From the human T2T-CHM13v2.0 reference genome, Homo sapiens, in assembly GCF_009914755.1 (NCBI RefSeq), contig NC_060947.1: 64,000 nt of DNA. One strand, 5' to 3'. Of this stretch, positions 32,101-51,292 are shown piece after piece. The notes beneath the pieces are model-generated. The model worked only from the letters and a program-made list of their open reading frames with translations. It was not told the origin of the DNA and did not search any database. Position 1 is the stretch's first letter. Every line of letters starts with the position of its first letter. Position numbers and translations under genes: made by a program.

Positions 32101-33549
32101 TTTTTCTTCTTCTTGTCATTGCTGTTGATGGTGTTATCAAGGGCAAGAGGGATTCCTACCATATGTATACTTCCCTAAGACTGTTTTGAGGGGAATGGAA
32201 TATTCTTCAATATTTGGAACATTAAAAATACTTTAGTCAATGTATTCTGAAGACCCTAAGTTGTCTTTTGCCAATAGCCGGAGGAAAAAATTGTCGGGTT
32301 TTGTTGACTAAATGTATATTGGAAGTATTAAAGAGATGATGCCTACATCTGTTGTTGAAGAAAATGCTAAATTTTGATTAAAGATCGGTGAAAATAAATA
32401 CTTACTATTTCCCTTTCTGTAGCCATAGGCTCTTTGATTTCAGGTTAAGAACCCTCAGGTGAAATAAAGAAACAATGATGTCTAGATATAGAAAGTAGAA
32501 AAAATAAAATAAGCTAAAATAATTTGAAGCTTTGTTCCTTAGTACTTAGCAGATTTAGTTAGTTCTATGTAGACAGAGATATAGATTTTTTAGGAGGACT
32601 GTTAAATGTGGGGGTTAAAAGATAATACATGAAAACTTCCCATGGGACAGAAATATGAAACTGTAGTACTTGGAAAAGACACGTTAGAGATGAAGGTCAT
32701 AAAGTAATTTTCATATATATCTATATGTAAATTGGAGAATCTGAATGGTTAACATCCATTCACAAAGAAGGAGTAGAGTTGTGCAGCATAATTTAGTTTA
32801 GAATCTGCAATAAAGGAAATAGTTTCTGCTATTTGACAGCTGGAAAAGTTATTTCTCTGTTATAAGGAGATTGGAGAAGATGAACTCTTAAGTTTTCTAC
32901 CATATTTTATTTTATAATATTATGAGTTTTAAAGAAAATTGAGGATGGAACTCGTCAATACTCATATTTGGGGGTGTAAAGAGAAATAACAGGCAACAAG
33001 GCAAACATGAATGATGTGGTCAAAGAGTGGGAAGACATTCAAAATAGTTTACGGTTTAAGAAGAAAGAAGGGAGAGAATTTGATGGAGGGTATGGTTAGC
33101 TGTAAATAATTCAAGAAAAGACAGAAGATATTATATAATATTCAATAACACATATCCAGCAGAGTTGTAAGGGGCAAGGGACAGTTTGTAAGCAATTAAG
33201 AAGCTATAATGTGGCGAATATAATGAGGCAAGAAATGTAGATTATTTTTAACAAGTTTGCTGTCTGTAATACTAACAAATATCTGGCTCTTGACCGTCTC
33301 CCCAGTCTTAGTTTTTGTTTATCTTACCCTCTCTTCACATATTAAAAGCTGCTTCCTTGCTGTATTTTACAATATTTTGTTCATAGTTACCATGCTACTT
33401 TTGTTTTTTCTTACAATAAGGAGGTCCAAAACAGGTAACACAGTGAATGGAACATATAGATGCTTTATAGATGTTTGTGGGATGGATACAGTGATAAATG
33501 GGTAATAATAGAGTAAGATGAATTTGTACTGCTCCTCAAAATTGCTGAT

Positions 33550-34185
33550 CAAGGGATCAGTGGCGATCTATGGGGAGATCTCCTGATATGTTGTCTGGTT
33601 CTGGATTTGGACCTATCCTGATCAACATTTGTATCAATAATGTAAATAAGCACAAAATTTCCAGGTTATCTAATCTGCAGGTTATACAAAGCTGGAGTGG
33701 TAACTAGATGTTAGACCATAGAGTCAACATTTACAAATCTCTAGCCTCTCTGATTAGGAGACGAAAGCACATACTTTTATATGCAAAATATTTGCATATA
33801 ATTTCAGGGGCTAGAGTGATGGACTAAAAATTGAAGACTAAAAAGTAGTAATAAAAGGGAATTTGGCAGGTAAAAGGTAAAATCATATGTTTATATTAAA
33901 ATATTCAACATTATGTATTTTGCTTGGGGGTGACCTGGCTTTACAGTAAAGTCTGTGCAAAAGGCCTGGGGTTCAAGACCATAAACTGATAAAGAGAAAA
34001 TTCAGTGCCACTCTTGGCTCTACTGAGGAATATTTAGTGTCCAAAGTAAAGATAAGAGGTATCAGTCCACTGTCTTCTGCATGAGTTGGACTTCACTTAA
34101 AGTGGCTTGTTCAGTCACAGAGACACCATGCTCTAGGAGGATCATTTGATAAGGGTGGCTAGGATGGTGAAGAGGACAGGATCAT
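33550..34185 (+). mobile_element. L3/CR1 LINE relic
   Basis: CR1 RT-like text: ggacctatcctgatcaacatttgtatcaataatg, tctgcaggttatacaaagctgg, aaaaggcctggggttc. Confidence 0.55.
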
Positions 34186-34191
34186 ACCATT

Positions 34192-34677
34192 TATTATGGG
34201 TTGAATTGTGTCCCCCCTCAAACAAAAGAAATATGTTGAAGTCTAACCTCTAGTACCTCAGAATGTGACCTTATTTAAATATAGAGTCTTTACAGAGCCA
34301 ATCAAGTTAAAATGAGGTAATTAGGGTGGGTCTTACTCCAATATTACTGACGTCCTTATTTAAAAAAAATAAAAGGAAATTTGGACACAGGCATGAGTAG
34401 AGGAAAGATGATGTGAAGAGGTGCAGGGAGAATGTCATGTGACGATGAAGGCAAAGGTTGAAATTATGCTGCCACTAGCCAAGGGAAGTCTGGGGCTACC
34501 AGAAGCTGGAAGAAGAAAGGAGGATCCTTTGTCTACAGAATTTAGAAGAAGCATGGTTCTACTGACACGTTGATTTCAAACTTCTAGCCTCCAGATTTAC
34601 AAAATAGTAAACTTCTGTCTTTATAAGCCACATAGTCTTGTCATACTTTGTTATAGCAAGGCTAGCAAACTAATAAA
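34192..34677 (+). mobile_element. MLT1B/C solo LTR
   Basis: tattatgggttgaattgtgtcccc...gcaaactaataaa; TSD ccatt/ccact. Confidence 0.85.
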
Positions 34678-35279
34678 CCACTGAAGAGCAGTCAAGGAAC
34701 CAAGGGAAGAGTAGCTTAGTGGACAGGCTGGTTATGATGGTTAATTTTCCATGTTTTTATTCAATGATTCTTAGTGGTAGTTCTGGCCCAGAAAAAAAAT
34801 TACAGCTTCAGAAAAACCAAGAAAACAGTCAAATCTTTAGCTTCCTGCACTTGGAGTTGTTTTTGGCTCGAGGGAACAAGAAGAATTGAATTTAAGAACT
34901 GATTGCCAGTAAGCAAAAATAATGATTAATTTGTTTTTAATCTTCACCCACTTTTCTGTATACTTTTTTTTATTAGATGTCCTGTATTTGTACCACTGAC
35001 ATGTTAATATTAACATATATATATGCACCATAATAATTTTAAGAAATATTTTACATTCTTTCCCAGAGGTTGATGTATTTATTTTCTACTTCTATAATAA
35101 AAATGTAAACATATTCTCACAGTTTTGATTTTAGAGAACAACACACAAACAAAAGTTTCTCTGTACATAGCTGGAAACCTGTGGCAGCATTAAACATGTC
35201 CAGTAGTTCTACACATTTTAGTAGTTACAACTTAGGTCTGTTTAGCTCTGTCTGATGGATTTTTGAAAAAACTTCCTAG

Positions 35280-35500
35280 GTGAATAACGAATCCAAGGGG
35301 AAAGCAGGCAGGCAGCCAGTCAGCAAGCCAGTGACATCTATGAAATATTTGTTCATCTTGGCAGCCATCCTGGCACTGTGTTTGTCTTCTTGGAATAAGT
35401 ATCTGATTGACAGATACTTTTTAAATGTGACCAGTGGATAAGATGCCTTTGGTAGCCACTAAGCCATTAGTTCTTGACTAATTAATATACTCAACCAATT
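35280..35500. promoter_or_regulatory. Putative enhancer with PBX-MEIS/PREP decamer TGATTGACAG (35404-35413)
   Basis: Non-repeat block carrying the exact decamer inside a 9-bp inverted repeat; function is inferred only. Confidence 0.35.
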
Positions 35501-37602
35501 ACTGAGCCCTGTGAGAAAATATATGCTCTATAGATATGGAGGTAGAATAGGTAGAAATAATATAATTAGTATAGTTTTCTTAGAGAACCCTCCAGAATTC
35601 AAACACAGAAGTAGTTGTTAACCCATTCAGAATAGTTAACATGGAAGACTAACCTAAATATTTCACATAAAAATATCCGTATATTTTTTGGAGATTGACA
35701 AGGTAAGACAAAAGGAAACAAATCCTGTGAAGAACAATTCCAGTATACAACCTATTTTAGAAGACCTGAGAGATGCAAATTACAATTGTTTTGCCTCAGT
35801 GCCTTTCTAGGGCCACAGTCTGGTAAAAAACTGAACGTCTTCTAACAGAAATAGTCTCTAAAGTGGTTTGTAGGCATTTGAAGTCCTAGTCAAGAAGATC
35901 CATCAAAGTGTGGGAATAAAATATTAGAATTTATCTTTAATTTTTGTATTCCCCTCTTTTGATTAATATTTTTGTTGGGTTTTATGATGCACTTAATAAT
36001 TAGTATACTAGTACATGCATATAATTTATAAATGAATAAAATGTATCTGTTTAGATACATGCTCATTTTTTAAATGTGGAAAATATTAGTACCTAATTCC
36101 TAGGATTGTGCCAAGATTAAATGAGTTAGTATATGTCACATACTTATAACATCATCTGGAAAATAGAGAGCACTATATAAGGGTCAGTTGTTACTATTAC
36201 AGTGTACAGTTGTAGGAGATTTAATGAACTCCCCTCCTAGGAATATACGTGGAGAGTGGTACTCAATAAGTGTTAGCTATTATTATTAAAATGGTAGCTA
36301 AATATTCTATATACCCAAATCTCACCAAAATGATAGCATAAATAGAAAAAAATATGTATAGATCAGTAACAATCTTGGAAAATTGAGTAGGTGACATTAG
36401 TGAGTCAGGAACTATGAGAAATATCTACATATTATCATGTAAATGAGACCAGTATGACATGAAAACCCACAGGACTGAGAAACCACAGTGCAATACAGGT
36501 GGAAAAAGACACTGAAGGAAACTGAGTTTTCACATGAAATCATGGAGAAACCCCAACATTAGAAACGTAAGAGATTAGGCATAGATAGGTAGCTGATGGG
36601 GATGGCCAAAGGGATAATTAATTTTAAAATAGGGTATCTTACCTACAGAATATGTCACCATGGGCACAGAAACATGATACCCTTGGGACAAGGTCTTTGG
36701 CACACTAAAGGCCTGCACAGCTGTCTATTCCTTTAGCATCAGTCCAATTCACTACCAGTGAAAGAATTAATATCAAAAATACTAGAAAAACTCACCCCAC
36801 CTCCTAATTCTGATTAATAAGGCCCTCATTTGTGAAAATTTTCAGAAAACCAAGATTCATTAGACTTTTGAAGGAACACAATGGAAAGCATACATTGATC
36901 AGTGAAATCAGTCCCTAAGCAAAACACATTAATGGTTCCCCAGTAATTTGTTTTCTAACTTATGAGAACTTATAGAACCATTTCATCTATACTTAAAGTC
37001 AAGAGGGCATTGTGACTTTAAAAACAAAAATTGGCTTCTACGATAAAGAAACAAGCAGAAAGCTCTAATTATGGGAGATTAAAACATGATAGCTGGTATT
37101 TTAAATAAATCAGTAGGAAGGGCTGAAATGGTAGAATTGGCATACCTAACTACAAAATTTTATGATTTAGAAGACTATAGAAAAGGATTCTATTGAAATA
37201 CATTGCAAAAAGATAACAACGAAAACTATAAGAGAACACTTTTAAAACATGGAAAATGCATATTAGACCAAAAACAATCAATAAGAAGAAAATGGAGATG
37301 AGAGAAGAAACAAGCTTTTTTTTTTTTTTGAAAGACTTTCTTCTCTTGGTTTCTGAGAAATACTGTTTCCTGGATTTGCACTTACTTTAATGGCTATTCC
37401 TCTTCCTCCTGAGCTAGGCACTCATTCTCTTTCTAAACCTTGGCTATTAGAGTATCCCAGGGCTCAATTCTCAATCTTCTTTTCTCCATTTAAACTCATT
37501 ACTTAGATGACTTTATTCAGTTGCAAGAATTTAAATACCATATATATGTGGATAATTTCAAAATTTATATATCAACTCCCATTTGTTACCTGAACTCACA
37601 TA

Positions 37603-39120
<1,518 letters not shown>

Positions 39121-40556
39121 AATTTAATTTCCCACACATCATGCATACATGAAGATATAATTGGCATATAATATTAATGTGACCAAACTAAATGTTTGTA
39201 TTCCCCAACCCAATATGCTCCTCTTGCAGTGTTCCTTAAACTCAGTAAATGCCCAAACCTGAAGTCATTATTGACTTTTTTTTTTACCTCCTCCAAACTA
39301 AACTTTCTGTAAATCTAGTGAACTCAAGCTTCAAAACATATCCAGAACCGTATAGTTTCTCTGCCTCAAACCTGGATCCAAACATTTCTTCAGGAAATCC
39401 TGCTTCCTTTTAGTGGAGAATATGTTAGGCACTAAGATCTTGTTACTAGATATACTGATTGCTACTGGGGTGTCATTGATATTAGACTTCTTCAGTGGTC
39501 AGTGCTAAAGCTACCACAGGGTTCTTCCTAACCTGCCCCCATTCAATATTTGTATTTCCTTTATTCCACTGTGAGAACCCTGCCTTCAAATAATATTCAT
39601 ATTTATTCTATCCTAGAATATACAATTTCAGAATATGAAGCCAATATGAGTTCCAAAAGACAAACATGACGAGTAAAGTTCAAGATTTCTTTCTGTTTTA
39701 TGTGTATTTAGACTATATCCTTGCCAGAGTACAATTTCAAATGTTACTTGAATTCAGTTTTTTTTTCTCCATATGCTTAAGTTATTTACTTGAGAACTGT
39801 TATGACCTTTGGTTTTGTTTTTAATTTTAGAGTCTCATTTATTAATCTTCTTGATTTATTTTATTGCTTGAATTAAAAAATTTATATGGTGCAAAAATCA
39901 AAACTTTTATACTCAGAAAATTTTCCTTTCCATTCCTCCACTCTTCACCCTAATCCTATAGGTTACCATTTTAATTGGTTTCTGGTTTATCCTTTCTGTT
40001 TCTTTTTTGGGAAAAACAAAAAACAAAACAAGACAAACAAAATAAAAACCTTGTAACCAAAAGTAAGTACTGAAAACCTAAGGGTGTCGTGCCAAATGGA
40101 CATAGGAGCCAGTTTGAGGTGGTTCCCACAGGTTACAGTTGAGATAATTTGGGCATAAAAAAAGAATAACAATGACAATAAATTGAATTTTTTAATAATG
40201 AGTTCCTAGTGAATGCTATGTGGATATTTTTTCCAATAACTCTTTAGAGTTCCATATTTCTAAAACATAGAATAAAATTATATATCCAGAATCAAAGAAC
40301 TCTCACTGCCTCCACTGCCATCATCTTAGTCCAAGCCACAATCTTTCAGCATATAGATTATTGCAATAGCCTCCTAACTAGTCCCTCTGCTTCCACCTAA
40401 CCTTCTCCAGAGAGGACTCATTAGTGGTCCACTCAAAATGTAAGTCACATAATGTGAATGTGCTGCTCAAAACCCTCCAGTGGCTTTCCAGGAATAAGCG
40501 TCAACGTCATTAAAATACACCCCCTAGTACTTTCTGTATTTTTAAAATAATGTTCC

Positions 40557-40908
40557 TGCTATAGACTGAATGTTTGTCTTCCCTCCAGATTGACATGTTG
40601 AAATCCCAACCCCTATGTGGTTATGTTATGATGGTATTAGAAGGTAATGCCTTAGGAAGTGATTGGGTCATAGGATGAATGGGATTAATGCCCTTACATA
40701 AAGGACTGAAGAAGTTCCTCACCACTTTTTCCATGTGAGGATAAAATGAGAAGATAGCCATCTTCAAAACTGGAAGACTGACCTCGCCAGAACCTAGTCA
40801 TTGTGACATCATGATCTTGAGCTTCCAGACTCCCCAGAACAGTGAAAAATAAAATTCTGTTGTTTATAATCCACCCACTTTATGCTATTTTGTTATAGAA
40901 GCCTAAAT
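40557..40908 (+). mobile_element. MLT1A solo LTR
   Basis: tgctatagactgaatgtttgtc...ttttgttatagaagcctaaa. Confidence 0.8.
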
Positions 40909-42231
40909 ATTGGGATAACTTTAAACATCACTTTGTTTTATGTGTGTGTGTGTGTGTTTATATTGATGATGCAGAGATGTGCTACGTAAATCCACAACTT
41001 TTTGATAAGATCCACAGTAATTTTAGCACAATTTAGGCGAAGGCAGGGGCAATGTGAAAGCAGCCATCTATAAATTTCCAGAATGACAAGCGATGACCAT
41101 GTTATTTCTGATTTCCAAATGGTGAGCCGACTGATTTGAACTTAGTAATCTTCATTGAGAATTATAGATTATAAAGGCAGAGATAAACTGATTAGCAGCA
41201 TGCCTACACTCTCCTTAATTCTTCTTCCAACCACAAAATATCATTTCCACTTTCAGACCTCCGAAAGAATCATGAGTAGAGATGGGAATGTTGTATGGAA
41301 GCTATTAAAAGCAATTCCCTCTTCCTCCTCACCAAGGCCCAGTTTACTTTAGGTACATTCCACCAATTTTCCCTTTATTTAGCCTCAGAGTTATTACACA
41401 GCTGTTATAGGTTATCAAACTTTCCCCTTATCTAAAATACATTTGTGCAACAGTGCTAGTGGTCACACAGAATTTTCTGGCTAATAAATATTGTTCATCA
41501 TCTCCTTTTTCATTAAGAAACCTAACTTCTAGAATCAGATACACCTGATTACAGCTATTACTTAAGAGTTGGCTTTGTAGAGTCTTTGTCTACAAAAAGG
41601 AATTAATATATTACTTACTTAGTAGTCTTCTTGGGTTGTATTCCAGCCCCACCATTTTACCATCTATCAGCTATGCCATCTTTGAAGTTACTTGCTCTCT
41701 CTGTGTAGTAGTTTTCCTATAAAATGGAATAAGACTTACTTCATAAGATTTTATGATTATTAACTATTAATAAATAAATAATAAAATACAGAAGTTATTT
41801 ATTGGGATCTCACTACAAGTTAGATTCTGCGCTAAGGGCTTTACATATATTAACATATTAAATATCATAGACAAAGGCCTAGGTTGGTATATTAGAGAAA
41901 ATTTTAAAATGCTAGCGTGGCTGTGGCTGCTGTGTAGTGAATAAGGGAGAAAGTGGCACAAGATTAGGTGTTTAACGTAAGAAAGAGCTACATCATGCCC
42001 TTTATAGGCTATGTAAACGATTTTGAATGTTATTTTAAACATCATGTAAGGCTTTTGAATTATATTAAGCCAGAAATACAGTAAGTTTCTAGAGTGTATC
42101 TAATCATGTGAAAGGCTTAAACAGATCTCATTGTGAGAACTTAAAAAAATACATTAAATTTGTCTAATATGGTGGCAATAGTTGATCTTGACAAGAGTAG
42201 TTTTATGAGGATTTGTGTAGTGAAACTCCAG

Positions 42232-42651
42232 TGTATTGTTTGCATCTGTGTCCCCATCCAAATCACATGTGGATTTGTAATCCCCAATGTTGGAGGTGGG
42301 GCCTGGTGGGAGGTGATTGGATCATGAGGGTGAATTTCTCATGAATAGTTTAGCACCATCCTTTTTGTGCTGTACTCCTGCTAGTGAGTGATTTCTCATG
42401 AGATCTGGTAGTTTAAAAGTGTGTAGCACCTCCCACCCTTGATCCTGCTCCTGCCATGTAAGATGTGCCTGCTCCCACGTCAAGTTCTGCCATGATTGTA
42501 AGTTTCCTGAGGCCTCTCCAGAAGTCCAGCAGATGCCAGCATCATGCTTCCTGTACAAACTGCAGAATTGGGAGCCAATTAAACCTCTTTTCTTTATAAA
42601 TTATCCAGTCTCAGGTATTTCTTTATAGCAATGCAAGAATGGACTCATACA
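42232..42651 (+). mobile_element. MSTA/MSTB solo LTR
   Basis: ctgtgtccccatccaaatc...gaatggactcataca. Confidence 0.88.
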
Positions 42652-43395
42652 CACTAGTGTATCTCTGATTGTAATGTCTGTAGTAACACCTAAAAAAATT
42701 AAATTGTTTGGGTTGTTTTTGATGTTGTACACTCCAGAAAGGCAATGCATTATATGACTTCTATAAATCCCTTATAGTTCTCCGATTCCAAGATGTTCAC
42801 TCTTTTCTGCATGGAATTTCTTAAACGAAAGTGAAATCTGAATCATAGACAACATTGCTATTGTTGGTTTTAAAGCAAGTATTATTTCCACTTACCAACA
42901 TGTACCTGGATATCTGATGAAAATTTTGTCAATTCTTTTCTTGTATATTTGTATTTCAGAGAACTGATAGAACCAAACTCGTAGCATATCAAGTTTTTTT
43001 CCACATAACACCCATCCAAATAATAATAATTCTGTTATCTAGCTTCCATTTTTTTTTGTAATTTATCCATGACTTATTTTTCTATTCTGCTACTGTTAAC
43101 TCTTCAACAATTTTGCTGTTCATTAGCACATCTCTCAGACAGTGAACAAGGAAAGCAACAAAAATAAGTTGAATCAAATCAGGTTGTTTTATTATTCATC
43201 ACCAGATCTCAAAAAGAAGCTGTAGGAAGAGAATGCAAATTAATTTCTGAATGGATATTTTGGATTATCTCAGTCTTAGCTAGTGCCCATGTATCAGAAA
43301 AATAATCAGCTTCATTATTGACAAAACTAAATCTAGTGTTTTTGATTTTATATAATTGCTAGATGGCTCTTACAATAATACAAATAACAGAAAAT

Positions 43396-45431
43396 TCACA
43401 GACGGTTCTGCACGATATTCAGGCACCATTCAAAAGTGAAAAGATGCAGAACTACAACCCCTTTCTAGGACATCCCTGAAGGAGAGCGGTGAAGGGGAAT
43501 CTTCCCAGTGAGCAGAACTTCGAGGAGTGCACATAGTTGTGCACTTTGCATGGAAGGAGAAATGGCCAGATGTGCGATTAGATACTGATTCATGGGCTGT
43601 AGCCACTGGTTTGACTGGATGGTCAGGGATGTGGAAGAAGCCTGATTGGAAAATTAGTAACAAAGAAATTTGGGGAAGAGATCTCTGGATGGACCTCTCT
43701 GAGTGGTCAAACATTGTGAAGATATTTATTTCCAATGTGAGTGCTCACCAACTGGTGACCTCAGCAAAGGAGGATATTAAAAATCATGTGGATAAGATGA
43801 CCATTCTGTGGACACCATGCAGCCTCTTTCCTCAGCCACCCCTGTCATCGCCCAATGGGCCCATGAAAAAAGTGGCCATAGTGGCAGGGATGGAGGTTAC
43901 GCATGGGCTCAGCAACACAGACTTCCATTCACCAAGGCTGACCTGGCTATAACCAGTGCTGAGTGCCCAATTTGCCAGCAGCAGAGACCAACACTGAGCT
44001 CTTGATATGGCACCATTCTTCAGGGTGATCAGCCTGCTGCCTGGTGGCAGGTTGATTATATTGGACCTCTTTTATCATGGAAAAGGCAGAGGTTTGTCCT
44101 TGCTGGAATAGACACTTACTGTGGATATGGGTTTACCTATCCTGCACACTATGCTTCTGCCATGACTACAATCTGTGGCTCACGGAATGCCTTATCCTCC
44201 GCCCTGGTACTCCACACAGCATTGTCTCTGACCAAGGCACCCCCTTTATGGTTACAGAAGTGTGGCAGTGGGCTCATGCTCATGGAAATCACTGGTTTTA
44301 CTATGTTCCCCATCATCCTGAAGTAGCTGGATTGATAGAATAGTGAAATGGCCTCTTGAAGTCACAATTACAATGCCGTCTAGGCAACAATACTTTGCAG
44401 GGCTGCAGCAAAGTTCTCCAGAAGGCCCTGTATGCTCTGAGTCAGCATCCAATATATGGTACTGTTTCTCCCATAGCCAGGTTTCACGGGTCCAGAAATC
44501 AAGAGGTGGAAGTGGAAGTGGCACCACTCACCATCCCCCCTAGTGATCCACTAGTAAAATTTTTGCTTCCTGTTCCCACAACAATATATGCTGCTGGCAT
44601 AGAGGTCTTAGTTCCAGAGCAAGGAACGCTCCCACCAGGAGACACAACAATGATTCCATTAAACTGGAAGTTAAGATTGCCACCTGGACACTTTGGGCTC
44701 CTCCTACCTTTAAGTCAACAGGCTAAGAAGGGAGTTACAGTGTTGACTGGGATGATAGACCCAGATTATCAAGATGAAATCAGTCTACTGCTCCACAACG
44801 GAGGTAAGGAAGTATATATATATGGAATGCAGGAGATCCATTAGAGTGTCTCTTAGTATTACCATGACCTGTGATTAAGGTCACTGGGAAACTACAGCAG
44901 CCAAATCCAGGCAGGACTACAAATGACTCAGACCCTTCAGGAATGAAGGTTTGGGTCACTCCACCAGGAAAAAAACAGACAAACAAACAAACAACAACAA
45001 CAAAAAACAACGTGCTGAAGTGCTTGCTGAAGGCAAAGGGCATACAGAATGGGTAGTAGAAGTAGGTAGTCATCAATACCAGCTATGACCACGTGACCAG
45101 CTGCAGAAACAAGGACTGTAATTGTCATGAGTATTTCCTCCTTCTATTGGTAAAAACATGTATGTGTATGTATACACTTGTACCAAGGAAATATCTTCAT
45201 TTTATATCCTTTCTACTTTAACATGTGACATAAGATTTATTGACTTCACATCAACATTTAAGTGTTGTTAACTTTATGTAATAGTATTTGGGTTGGGGAT
45301 TGGTGCATTTCTAGTTGTATGAAGGACAGTTGTATTATGTTACATGTAATTATAACCTTATTATTTTCTTTATTGAAGATTATGTATGATTTCATAAGAT
45401 GTGTATGGGTCCACGTTGACAAGCATGGACT
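43396..45431 (+). mobile_element. HERV-L internal 3' part (RNaseH, integrase, dUTPase), disrupted
   Basis: FTDGSA RNaseH start; HHCC finger (AHEKSGH..CPIC); WQVDYIG and SDQG integrase core; dUTPase-like LPPGDTTMIPLNWKLRLPPGHFG; no env. Confidence 0.92.
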
Positions 45432-45886
45432 GGTGATGGTTAATACTGTGTGTCAACTTGATTGGGTTGAAGGATACAAAGTATTGATCCTGGTGGTGTC
45501 TGTGAGGGTGTTGCCAAAGGAGGTTAACATTCGAGTCAGTGGGCTGGGAAAGGCAGACCCACCTTTAATCTGGGTGGGTACACTCTAGTCAGCTGCCAGC
45601 CCAGCTAGAATATGAGCAGGCAGATAAATGTAAAAAGAGAGACTGGCCTATCCTCCCAGCCTACATCTTTCTTCTGTGCTGGATGCTTCCTGCCCTCAAA
45701 CATCGGACTCCAAGTTCTTCAGTTTTGGAAGTCGGACTGGCTCTCCTTGCTCCTCAGACTGCAGATGACCCATTGTGGTACCTTGTGATCATGTGAGTTA
45801 ATACTTAATAAATGTCCTGTTATATAAATATAAATATATATATATATATTTCCATTAATTCTGTCCCTATAGAGAACCCTAATACA
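45432..45886 (+). mobile_element. MLT2A 3' LTR of HERV-L
   Basis: gtgatggttaatactgtgtgtcaacttgattgg...agagaaccctaataca with internal (TA)n. Confidence 0.92.
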
Positions 45887-46386
45887 TCTAGCTTACACAC
45901 TTAAAAGAGATGATAAGATAAAACAGTAAACCATTGTTTAACATGTGTACTAATCTGTACGAATAAGTAATTGTGTAGAAATAAAGGAAATAAGAACATA
46001 TGAAAGACTTCTTTGACACAATATATATCTGTATTCTGAAATTAGTCATTATGGTACTTCTATTCCAATGATGAGTCCATTAATAACAGACTAAATTGAT
46101 TAGAGATGGTTTCTTTGTCTTTATTAAGGATGGAGTTAACTGAGGCTTAACAAAATGGTTCAAGTTATTTTTTAAAATATTATTATACTTTAAGTTTTAG
46201 GGTACCTGTGCACATTGTGCAGGTTAGTTACATATGTATACATGTGCCATGCTGGTGCGCTGCACCCACTACCTAGTCAACTAGCATTAGGTATATCTCC
46301 CAATGCTATCCCTCCCCCCTCCCCCCACCCCACAACAGTCCCCAGAGTGTGATGTTCCCCTTCCTGTGTCCATGTGATCTCATTGT

Positions 46387-50212
<3,826 letters not shown>

Positions 50213-50275
50213 TATGATGTTAGCTGGTTATTTTGCTCGTTAGTTGATGCAGTTTCTTCCTAGTCTTGACGGTCT

Positions 50276-51292
50276 TTACATTTTGGCATGATTTTGCAGC
50301 AGCTGGTACTGATTGTTCCTTTCCATGTTTAGTGCTTCCTTCAGGAGCTCTTTTAGGGCAGGTCCGGTGGTGACAAAATCTCTCAGCATTTGCTTGTCTG
50401 TAAAGTATTTTATTTCTCCTTCACTTATGAAGCTTAGTTTGGCTGGATATGAAATTCTTGGTTGAAAATTCTTTTCCTTAAGAATGTTGAATATTGGCCC
50501 CCACTCTCTTCTGGCTTGTAGGGTTTCTGCCGAGAGATCCGCTGTTAGTCTGATGGGCTTCCCTTTGAGGGTAACCCGACCTTTCTCTCTGGCTGCCCTT
50601 AACATTTTTTCCTTCATTTCAACTTTGGTGAATCTGACAATTATGTGTCTTGGAGTTGCTCTTCTTGAGGAGTATCTTTGTGGCGTTCTCTGTATTTCCT
50701 GAATCTGAACGTTGGCCTGCCTTGCTAGATTGGGGAAGTTCTCCTGGATAATATCCTGCAGAGTGTTTTCCAACTTGGTTCCATTCTCCCCATCACTTTC
50801 AGGTACACCAAACAGACGTAGATTTGGTCTTTTCACATAGTCCCATATTTCTTGGAGGCTTTGCTCATTTCTTTTTATTCTTTTTTCTCTAAACTTCCCT
50901 TCTCGCTCCATTTCATTCATTTCATCTTCCATTGCTGATACCCTTTCTTCCAGTTGATCGCATCAGTTCCTGAGGCTTCTGCATTCTTCACGTAGTTCTC
51001 GAGCCTTGGTTTTCAGCTCCATCAGCTCCTTTAAGCACTTCTCTATATTGGTTATTCTAGTTATACATTCTTCCAAATTTTTTTGAAAGTTTTCAACTTC
51101 TTTGCCTTTGGTTTGAATGTCCTCCCGTAGCTCAGAGTAATTTGATCGTCTGAAGTCTTCTTCTCTCAGCTCGTCAAAGTCATTCTCAGTCCAGCTTTGT
51201 TCTGTTGCTGGTGAGGAACTGCGTTCCTTTGGAGGAGGACAGGCGCTCTGCTTTTTAGAGTTTCCAGTTTTTCTGTTCTGTTTTTTCCCCAT
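50276..51292 (-). pseudogene. L1 ORF1 with one premature stop
   Basis: MGKKQNRK start, 1017-bp span, TGA at 50963-50965. Confidence 0.95.
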
